From: Salpingoeca rosetta
Lineage: Eukaryota > Protista > Choanoflagellata
Length of the DNA stretch: 13,971 nucleotides
Assembly (NCBI GenBank): GCA_033442325.1
Contig: JAWQFM010000032.1
Location: forward strand, 114,343 to 128,313
Direction: 5' to 3'
Part shown: positions 1 through 11,551 of the stretch, piece by piece
Numbering within the stretch: the stretch's first letter is position 1
How the letters are laid out: each line of letters starts with the position of its first letter
Made by a program: the position numbers and the translations under genes
Notes under the pieces: model-generated
The model's input: only the letters and a program-made list of their open reading frames with translations
Told to the model about the DNA's origin: nothing
The model's database searches: none

Positions 1-208
1 GTCCGTGTGTGTCTGTGCGTGTGTGTGTCTGTGTCCGTGTGTGTCTGTGTGTGTCTGTGTGTGTCTGTGTCTGTGTCTGTGTCTGTGTCTGTGTGTGCGT
101 GTGTGTGTCTGTCTGTGTCTGTTTGTGTCTGTGTGTGCGTGTGTGTGTCTGTCTGTGTCTGTCTGTGTGTGTGTGTGTCTGTATCTGTCTGTGTGTGTGT
201 GTCTGTGT
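1..208. repeat. Compound (GT)n/(GTCT) microsatellite, intronic
   Basis: Directly visible. Confidence 0.9.
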
Positions 209-262
209 GAACGCAACACAATGAACGTGTTCACGACAACACCTCTAAATGTGCAAATGTAC

Positions 263-351
263 CTCCGAGTGCGGCCCACACAATCTTTGGGGTTGTCTTC
301 TTCGTCGTCGACTGAACAGAGGACACGCGCACATCCAAGCGCGCAGGATCG
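263..351 (-). CDS. Exon 35: MAM domain resumes
   Basis: [30 protein letters not shown] (MAM LxVxV...xWxxxG motif); tttcag|, G|gtacat. Confidence 0.83.
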
Positions 352-836
352 CTGAAAGTGGGCAGTGGACATGTGTTGGCGCGTGTGAACGAAATATTGC
401 AAGAGAGACGAGTATGTGTGTGTGTGTGTACATGAGTGTGTGTATGTGTACATGTGTGTGTGTGTGTGTACATGTGTGGTTTTCTTCCAACCACATGCCT
501 ACACGCGAAAACACACTTACACACACACACACATGCACACACACACATACACGGGGGGTCACCTCACCCTGTGATGGCGGCATCGGCGCAGCAGTGGACT
601 TTGGCGGCAAGATTGAGGATCGACGAGCACTCTGCCTTGGCGCGTGAGTCCGTGCCAACGACCGCTGTCACAACACGATCTTCATCGCACGCTAGGGGGG
701 GGGGGGAGGGGAGACACATCCGTCAGCGATGGGGATGTTTTGGTATGGTGGCGGGTGCAGTGGTGGCACATGAGTCAGTCGCAACAATGGTGAAGGTACA
801 CCATGAAAGCGCACACGTGTGTCAAGGTCACACGCT

Positions 837-867
<31 letters not shown>

Positions 868-2643
868 TCACACACACGCTCACACATTTGACACGCACGC
901 AAACACGATGAACCACTCATATCACCACACGCACACCAGCTGTCAACTCACGTGTTGAGGACCACACGCGGGCGTCTTCATGTCCACACGCGTCTGTATC
1001 TGCCGGTGCCGTTCGCAGTTCATCCAATGTGCAGAGGCGAGCACCGACGCCGGCACACAGCGACGCAGCCGTGTTGTACGTCGACAGATCATGGCACCTG
1101 GTCAAGGCGAAGGTGGGGGGGGGGTTGACAAGGATGATGGTGGTGGATGACGTGCGTGAGCAACACCACACTGGTGGCAGTGCAGTCATGGTTTGTGGTC
1201 TGTGCTGGCGTAACTGCACAGGGGGGGAAGACACATGAACGAAAGAAAGCAAAAACCACAATGCCCAAACAGAACGCGTGTAGGTGTCAACGTTGACATG
1301 AACGCACTGGCCGTCGATCGAGCTCGATGAGCAAATTGTCGTGTCGTTAATGACCGTCCTGATGGCACACACGCACACGATGAGGACAGCAGTGAGCACA
1401 CGCAGCGGATGTGTGTTCGCGTGTGTGTGCATGTGTGTGCGCGTGCATGTGCATGTGTGTGTGCGCGTGCATGTGCATGTGTGTGTGTGCGTGCATGTGT
1501 GTGCACGTGCATGTGTGCGTGTGTGTGCATACGTTTACGTGTGCATACGTGTACGTGTGTTTGTGTGCATGCGTGTGTGTGTGTGTTTTTTTTCCAATCT
1601 TCGGACATGTGATATCTAACGCAAGCAGACGCAACTGACAAACCACAGCAACGCCCATGGCACGCACCAGCCGAAGTCGCTGCACGTGTTGGCGCTCTGC
1701 CACTGCTCGCCCCGCATGTTGTACCAAAATCGCAACCTGCGCACAATAACGAGAGACGCGAAAAGAAAACAATGGTTCGACGAACATGAACGTGAACTCA
1801 CAACTAATCGCCAGCTGTTTAAGAACGCCTGAGGCCGCGCTCTCGCAAATGCACACACGCACACATACACACGCACACGCACACGCACACGCGCACACAC
1901 ACACGCACACACACACACACGCACACACGCACACACACACACGCACGCACACACGCACGCATACACACACACGAGCGAGGTATGCAATGGCGGCGACAAC
2001 AAGTGTAATTGAAACCCCTCGTGCCTGCAAGCATTGGTATCGGCGGGTGGTGCGAGGAAGGCGGAGGAGAGAATGGGCGTGGATGTGTCTGGAGCGACGG
2101 TGGCAGCGACATAGCACGGCTCGCGACTTCCATCCATACACACAGCAGCAGGACCAGGGCGCTCCTGTTTGTTTGTTTGTGTATGTGTATGTGTGGGTGT
2201 GTATGTGTGGGTGTGGGTGTGGGTGTGGGTGTATGTGTGGGTGTATGTGGGGGTGTATGTGGGTGTGGGGGATGTGGGTGTGGGGGATGCAAACATGACA
2301 ATTCGTGTGAAAGTGTGAGGATACATATGAGGAAGGTGCAAAACGAAAGCAAAGGAGCAAGCAGCGAAAATCAAACGCAACAACGACACACGCGCACCGC
2401 ATCATAACAGCACACAACAACGCATGACACGGGTGCCACGTGTAGCTGTCTGCTCACCACATCGACTGTGAACTGCTGCATGGCCAAGAGCGCGTCGCCG
2501 CCCATGCCAACACCTTCGAGCCGGATGGACAGGACACCGTTGCCCGGCGCCCCCACATCCACTTCCAGCGACCGGTCCTGTTGGGTGTGTGTGGGGGGGG
2601 GGAGGGAAAGGGAAGGAGTTGCGTTCGCGCGCGTGAGTATCAG

Positions 2644-2704
<61 letters not shown>

Positions 2705-3277
2705 TGTATGTGTGTGTGTGCTTGTGTGTGTGTGCTTGTGTGTGTGTGTGTGTGATGTTGAAATGCGGGTTGGTGGGTGAAACCAATACACCAAAGTGCA
2801 ATCACATGAGAACACGCACATGCGTCCACGCATGAAGGCACACGCGCAAGCACATGATGCGCACGTGTTGGTGGTGCGTGCAGGCATCACCTTGAGCCCC
2901 GACGTGTGGTAGTAGTGCCCGTCCTCATCATCGCAGATGTACGATGGCAGCTTGTGCTCGCTGTCACCAACAGCGGGGCGCCACATCCACACCTCCTTGT
3001 CGTTCACGTGCATGTGCACGCTGGCGTTGCTGCCCCACTGGTTCACGGCAATGAACGTTGCGGTGATGGTCATGCGGGACGAGGGCGTGGCAGTGCCCAC
3101 GTGCACCGAATGTCTGCGCATGTACACGTTGAGTTTTAAATGAACAAGCGTCAAAGGGTGATGATGAGCATATTTGTTGTGGGTGGTGGTGGTGATTGTG
3201 GTGGTGGTGGTGGTGGTGGTTGTCACAGTCATTGCACACACACACACACGCACACACACGCACGCACACACACACAT

Positions 3278-3316
<39 letters not shown>

Positions 3317-3586
3317 TCCACAAACACAGAAGCACAAACCCACATGACACATGAGTACCAACAGCGTGTACTCACTGGGCCAGGACGCGGGTGTTCCGGT
3401 GCACCGCAGATGGGACGGATGAGTTGAGGAGTGCAATGTCGCCGACATCGTGGAAGCAGTTCAGAAACTCTGTATCGTCGTTCCACTCTGTGCGCGTGTC
3501 GTTGCCCGCAGCGTCGTATGCATACACTTGCCCTGTCGCGCACCAGAGACGTGCACGTGCATGGAACGTGTGCATGGGAGGGGATG

Positions 3587-3644
<58 letters not shown>

Positions 3645-4515
3645 TGCTGTCTGTGTGTGTGTGCCCACACTACCTCTGCCTCAGCGACGTCACAACCACC
3701 ATGTCAACCAACCCCTGTCCTGACTCTCATGCCTCCGTGTCATACCTGTGGGCTGTTCAAACTCAACAATGAATCCGCGCACGAACGAGCAGCTGCGATC
3801 GTCACACCCGCGCCACGTCCCGTGCGCATCGCCAGGGAAGTTCATCACCAGGTTTGGCTTTGGGTGCTGGAAGTGGTGGTCGTGTGTGTGTGAGTGTGTG
3901 TGGGGGTGGGGGTGTGCGTGTGTGTGTTGGGTGTGTGTGTATGTGTGTGTATGTGTGTGTGTGTGTGTGTGAGGAGTGTATGTGACGCCATGTGATTATG
4001 TGAAGAAGTGGGTGTGCAAACTTTCATGTTAAAGAAAGTTCCCTGCATCAACATCGCCACCACCCCCCATTTAATGTCAAGTCCATACCGCAGTCTGTGC
4101 CGCAAAGTTTTGAAACCCTTTGTTGATGTTCGTTCCACTCTCAGGACCAGCAATCCACTTCCACCTGCGCGAAGAAGAGGAAACAGGGTGGGGCAGTGGC
4201 GGTGAGAACAGAATGAAATCAGCGAGAGCAAGTGCAATGGGAAGCAAGAGAGGGAGAGGATGGCTGATGTCGTCGCTGTGTGCGTGTGTGTGTGTGTGTG
4301 CATGTGTGTGTGTGTGTGTACATGTATGTGTGTGTGGGTGGGTGTATATATACATGTGTGTGTGTGTTTTCTTGGGCACAAGTTCCACGGCATCACGCAC
4401 GTGTTTTCGTCGGTGTCGAACTGCCCTCCAATATACACGGGGCGACTTGTGGCGCCAAACACACACAGCTGGAACAGGCGACGCACGCAAACATTGGCAC
4501 GTGAGAAGGTGAACA

Positions 4516-4577
<62 letters not shown>

Positions 4578-7500
4578 GAAACGTGTGTGGGCGCGCATGC
4601 GCGTGTTTGTGTTTGGTAGGCATGCGTGTGTGCTGTCAACGTTTGGAATCCTTTGACGACAGAACAACTTGTTCACCATCACAACATTTGAACATGATGC
4701 CCATGGCACACTCAACCCACATGACAAAATCCCGCTCACCTGCTCTTCCCTCGTTACAATCGTGGCAAGGTGCCCTGCCAATCAACACGGCGTGTGTACA
4801 CATGTGTAAGTCGCAGCAACACATGCGAGACCAATTCTACAGGACGCACGCACACGCACGACCAAGCAAGCACACGAACGGTACAATCAAAGAATACACA
4901 CACATGCACAAATACCACACGACACACCTCCCATGTACGTCGCAAATTTGACGGCTTCATCAAATGTGTATTGCGTTTCCATATCCACAATGCGAAAGGT
5001 GTGGTGATTGAATGCGCACTGCACATCTGTCGTTCGAAGCGACTGCAACATGTAATCCTGTGTGTGAAAGCGTGCATACGTGTGTGTGTATGTGCATATG
5101 AGTGTGTACATATTATGTGTGTGCGCACATATGTGAGCGATCGCTGGTGCAAGCTTGCATGTTCGGCCCTTGTATTCCCTTGTGCAGGTGTATCACCGCT
5201 ACTTTCACCACCGCCACCGCCACGATCGCCACGATCAGAACACCTCGACTGGGCCGTGATTGGCATCGTCGGACATGGGCCCGCGCCGCCGTGTCCACGC
5301 GTCGCCCGTCCACGTGCAGCTGCTCGTCTCAAAGTCGCACCCGGCACCCGCCGCGCTGATGCCTGCAGGCAACGCCAAGGAAAAAGAGGGGGTTAGGGCT
5401 GTGTTGTGCGTGTATGGCTTGTGATTTATGTTAAAACAGTTAGTGTCATCCACAAAGCACCAGATATCAACAAAATGTACAACTCAATGTACAACTCGAT
5501 CATCACCCCTTCTTTGACGTCGTTCAACAGCAAAACCCACACAAAAACACGCCATCACAAGATACAACGTGCCAGGCCACTTGTTGCGCGTGTTGGTGTC
5601 ATACCCTTTGGCGCCAGTTGAGACGCGAGCGCGCGAATGTCGGAATCGTCGAGAACATGATCGTAAAATGCAACGTCGTCCATCCACCCACTTGTATTGC
5701 ACACAATACACAAACACACAAACACACAAACACACAAACACACAAACACACAACATGCACGCCCGCAAAAACGTGGTGGGGGTTGGAAACAGGGCGGCAT
5801 CGTACGTGAGCTGCTGGACCTCCAGAACCCGTGGACAGATGGATGTCGTAGCACGTAACCACACACACACACACAGTAGCAGCCACGCCACACAACAAAC
5901 TCCATGACACAACACGGCCTCAATGCAAGCGTGGACACTTCAAACGCATCATCGCGTTGACGCACATGAACGAATCGTGCCCGCATCCAATGCGAACCAC
6001 GTCCGCTGCTCTCAAATTCGGCGCGCGCGTCATCGTTTGGCCCTTTGTGCGTGCATGTGTTTGGGCAAAGGTGCACGTTTGTGGGTGGGTATGTCAGCTC
6101 TTGCAGGACACTGCGTTTGACAGACGAGACGCACTCGCAGCAACACATGCAGACGGTTAATTGTTTCAGCCTCCCCCCTTCCCCGCCCCCCTAACACACG
6201 CAATCGCACACCACACAAACACACATGTGAACACACATGCATGCACACCTCGCCGTTGACGAAGAGGGTGATGGCCTTTGCTGTTGTTGAGACGCGAAGT
6301 GCGACGTGTGTCCACGAGCGAGCGCGAATCTGTCACATACACGAGCACACGCACAAGAATGATGATGATGATGATGACGCTCATGGGGATTGAGGAGGAG
6401 TGTGGATAATGTGAAAGTACAAATACAACAAACAACCCAAGAGCATACGCACACGCACAGACACGCATGCACGCACAATCACACACACGCACACACGCTC
6501 GCGCGCATACAATCACAATCACACGACCACACGCGTGCAACCCACCGGTGCTGTGTGTCGGAATGTGCTCCCGCTGGTGAGGAGCTGCAGGAAGCCGCTG
6601 GTGATGGCGAGAGCACCGAGAATCGGGTTGCTGTTGAAGACGACAAGTGGCAGCATGCTGGTGGTGGTGTCTGGATTGATCCAAGCAGCAACCGTGAACG
6701 ACTTGTCAAACGACACCCCAAGTGCATCGACATCAGCAACAGGCAGGCAGCTGTGGAACGGGGGGGCGGTGGTGACGATGATGAGTGTGATGGTGACGTG
6801 CGCATTTTGGTGGGGGGGGGGGGTGCGCGAGTGGGGTGATGACGCAACTCGGCGTGAGGGAGTGTAAATTCAAGACGCAAACAATGCGCAAAAGCATACA
6901 TCATGGTCAACACTCAACCAACCAACAACGGGATAGATAAAAGAAAGCATGACTGACAACTTCGCATGCACACATGCACACACATGCACACACATGCACA
7001 CACATGCACACACATGCACACACATGCACACACATGCACACATGCGTGCACACACATGCACACACATGCACACATGCGTGCACACACATGCACAGGCACA
7101 TGAACTACCCTCCCAACCCTTTATTCCTCCGTGTCTTTGTCCGCCCGTCACCTCTTTGGTGCCGGTGGAAAGTAGACGCCAAGACCGCCCACGTCCTTCC
7201 ATCTGATGTGCGGGCAGGTGGTGTTCACACACGTGATCGACGCCAGCCCGGACGCACTGCCATTTGATGAGGGCGATGGCGTTGGCGTGCGTGGTGTTGT
7301 CCATTGTGGTGGTGTGGTGTTGTTGTTGAGCATTGGTCGTGGTGATGTGGTGGTGGTGTTGTGCATTGGTCGTGGTGATGTGGTGGGGGGAATAACATTG
7401 GTGATGTTGAGCATTGCAATGATTCGTACGAGATGAGACAGTGGAAGAAGAAACACGACCCTATCAGACATGCAACTTGCAACAGGCAGCACTTGACAAA

Positions 7501-7801
7501 TGATCGTGTGAGCCATGGCATGCGTGTCCACACCTCTGATATTGGCTGGAAAAGTCAAACAGCGTGCGAGGGAGGACTGTCGGCTCAATTCCGGACAGCG
7601 CTTCCACCTCAGATTGCGTCAGGATTCGACTGAACACAATCAACTCGTCAATGTGTCCGGAATAATATTCCGTCTGCAGTCAACGCGTACACGTGTGCGC
7701 AAGGCAAGCGTATACATGAGTGTGAGGACTGCCAAAGTCACATGATGTTTGCTCGGGTGTAAACGCACAGATGGGGTTGCAAACGGATGTGTGTGTGTGT
7801 G

Positions 7802-7832
<31 letters not shown>

Positions 7833-8391
7833 ACGTGTGTGTGTGTGTGTGTGTCTGTCTGTACGTGTGTGTCTGTACGTGTGTGTGTATGTTGGTGTGC
7901 TATTGTTCTTGTTGCTCTTGTAGTCGTTGCGGATGTTTGTGCTGTTCGTACAAAGTCTTGGCCGAGTAGGAGGCGAGAGCGCCCGTCGTAAACGCTCATG
8001 ATATCCATTGTCGTCGCATACCCGTCAACCTGTCGCAGCCATCGCACGTAACGGCAGATCAGTTCGTTGATTGTGCATGCGTACACCCACCCCAATCTCC
8101 CACGCACACGCACACACGCGAATACTCACTCAAGACGACATGCTGCACAACAAACACACTCATACGCACGCACGCACGTACAAACACACGCATACACACA
8201 TACACACATACACACAAGCAACCAAACAGACACAAGGAAGGGGTGTAAGCTTACCCAGACAGTTGCCGTTGTGTTCGAGAGCGCAAACACGAGATGTGTC
8301 CACTGCTTCTCGTGCACAATCCGATCACCACGCACGTGCCACCTGTCAGCAGTAGTTGTGTTATGTGTTGTTTTGTGTGTGCGTGTGTGCG

Positions 8392-8430
<39 letters not shown>

Positions 8431-9903
8431 GCGTGTGTGTGTGTGTGTGTGAGTGGGTGTTGTGCGAGTGAACAGTAGACACAGAGGGTGATTGAGAGTG
8501 TGAGTGAACAGTATACACAGAGGGTGATTGAGAGTGTGAGTGAACAGTAGACACAGAGGGTGATTGAGAGTGCGAGTGGACAGTAGACACAGAGGGTGAT
8601 TGAGAGTGTGAGTGAACAGTAGACACAGAGGGTGATTGAGAGTGTGAGTGAACAGTAGACACAGAGGGTGATTGAGAGTGCGAGTGAACAGTAGACACAG
8701 AGGGTGATTGAGAGTGTGAGTGTGAAAGCTGCAACAAAAGGCGCTGGGAGGACGACGGCACGGATAAACGAACATGTGTTTGTGCGCGCATGCTGCCATG
8801 GGTGCAACGCTCTCAACACAAATATCCGCATGCAGCACACGACAAGAACAAGAAGATAACAACACCACAACAACCGCAGCAGCATGCCCGCAAGCACCTC
8901 AGCGTGTCGAGAACAGGCAGCTTCGTGTTTCCGTCGATGAGAAGACAGAGGCGCCCAGACGTTGAATCCTCCGTGCACAACAGCGGCTGTGATGATGACG
9001 GCGGTGGCGTTAGTGTTCACGTGTGTTGAATTCGAGGGTTGCAAGTGTTGGGCTCGCTCACGTGTCCACACACACACACACACACTCACTCACACTCACT
9101 CACACACACACATACACACACATACGCACACATACACACACATACACACACATACACACACATACACACACATACACGCACATACACACACATACATACA
9201 TATGCACACAGCACACCTCGTTGTCGCAGATATCGTGGTTGCAGTTTGAGTAGACGGGCTTTACCCACATGGCCACCGACCACGCCGGCCGCATGTGCAG
9301 CGCACTCGTGGCTGCCGGTGGCGGTGGCAGTGATGGTGGTGATGGTGGTGATGGTGGTGGTGGTGGTTATGAAGGAAAGGAGGAGGGCAAGGTGGCACGA
9401 CATGATGAGTACCTGCAAGCACACACTTCGCATCACTCCATCCTTCCCAGCACCAGCACCTCCACCAGTCGCCACTCACAGCCCAGGATGATGCTCTGCT
9501 TCTTGTCGGCGTCAAAGCGAAGGGCGCCACCGCTGATCCCTGTATCCTCCCATGTCGGGCACCTGTGCACACGCAACCGTGGTGTGATGCGTGTGTGTGT
9601 GCGTGTGCGTGTGCGTATGTGTGCATGTGTGTGTGCGTGCATGTGCGTGTGTGCGTGTGTTCGAATGAGAGCTGTGTCCATCACTAGATCGCATCTCAGC
9701 GCTTCCTTGTACCCCCCCCCCCAAATGGACAACCACAAACCCTTCATCCACCAACTCTTCATCCACGATCAGATCATCATGAACTCACTGTGCACAGACG
9801 CCCTGCGGTCTTCCCTCCTCCGGAACAATTGTGCTGTCGGCGGTGTTGATTGGAGTGTCGAACGAATATGTCGCAACCACCCCTTGCTCAGCTGTGTAAC
9901 ATG

Positions 9904-9954
<51 letters not shown>

Positions 9955-10883
9955 AGTGGCGTCAGGCTTGCGGAGAAAGAGCCAGGGAGCAGCTCTGTTA
10001 CTTCCCAATCACTGCTCACCGCTCCACGCTCAATACACCACAAACTAACACCTTCACGCACCGCCACACATCCAAAACGCGAGCAGCACTCAAACAACAC
10101 ACATGCGGACAGCACAAATGCACAACTACACATGCACTGAATGCACACGACCACGACTGCATACCAGTACACAGCTGCGCGCATTGCGTTGCATTGCGCA
10201 CCTTCTGCCGTCTGGAACACCTCCAGGTTGAAGTTGAGTGTCGGGTGCGCAGTCTCCGTTGCAGCGACAGCGATGACGAGTGACGACGTTGGTGTATCGA
10301 GGAATGTGGTGGGCAGGCGCCACGTGCGATGGAAGTACACGTGATACAGCTCCCCGCCCTGACGGCGGTCGTCAAGGTGGTGGCGAGTGAGGGCAGTGGT
10401 GGTGGCGGTGGTGGTGATGATGATGAGGGAAGGGGGTGCGTGTGAATGTTTGAGGGGGGGGGAATGGCAAGTGAAGCGAAGGTGAAGCGGTGAATTTAAT
10501 CGTCTCCACACAACACAAGTGCACACACACACACACATAAACGCACAAACACACAAACACACATGCACACAAACACACGAATACATATTCACACGTGACA
10601 TACTTACCCGCTTCAGGGCAGTGGTTGGTGTCCCGAAGTATACACCGGGCGCCGGCACGTGCGCGACCGATGATGACGAAGACGATGGTGACGATGATGA
10701 TGGCAGCAGAGAGGTGATGTTGGCTGTCCAGCAGTCGCCGTCGCACTGCGCGGTGTCATCGAGAGAGTTGGTCACCTCAATTGTGCCCGAGACGCCCGTC
10801 ACACGGAACGGCAGCGTCATCTCAACCAGCACCCACCCTGAACATGTTGAGCATGGTGGTGGTGGTGGTGGTGGTTTGAGCAG

Positions 10884-10965
<82 letters not shown>

Positions 10966-11520
10966 GCCCTCATTCAACGCAAGCAGGCCTGCGAGCATAG
11001 AACAAGCACAAGAGAACAATGTTCCTTCACACAGCACACACACACACACAAAACACACACACACACACAAACACACACGCGCGCGCGCATAACAAAGCTC
11101 ACAAGGATCGCCGCAGCTGCTTGCTCCAGACATGCTGACACCGACATCGCTGTGAATTGTCACGCCAGGGGCGGACCCGCCGCACGCTGACAATGGTGAT
11201 GGTGATGGTGATCGGAGTGATGGTGGTGATGAGGTTGGAATCACAACGGGAAGGCAGATTGGGACAGCGTGTGCTTCATGAGCGCTGGTGCCTGGCAAGT
11301 GTGGCTGATCTTGACGATCGCAACAGCGTTTGACATGAGTGTCTGCAAGCAATACTACGACGGCACGCGCACCTGCGTGTGTGATGACCTTCATCTCCAA
11401 CACATTCGCCAGAAGCTCGTCATCAACCGTGATCCACTCGCCCTCGACTGATGACAGACAGCACAGCAGCAGAAGCGTGTGTGTGTATGTGTGTGCGTGT
11501 GTGTGTGCGTGCGTGTGTGC

Positions 11521-11551
<31 letters not shown>

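Noticed and set aside
4015-4170. Reading [34 protein letters not shown] as an exon
   Set aside because: Wrong frame: phase continuity and the CTLD motif [10 protein letters not shown] support the alternative frame ending at 4089.
8466-8717. 36-bp direct repeats as a CRISPR array
   Set aside because: The units abut head-to-tail with no unique spacers, there are no cas genes, and the context is a eukaryotic intron.
8126-8791. ORF with [12 protein letters not shown] repeats as a repetitive protein
   Set aside because: It is the translation of the intronic minisatellite. Only the 8255-8342 part is an exon, and exons 12 and 13 join in phase without the repeat.
9952-10050. Non-repetitive stretch ([14 protein letters not shown]) as an extra exon
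   Set aside because: Exons 8 and 9 already join in phase, and I found no phase-compatible acceptor/donor pair.
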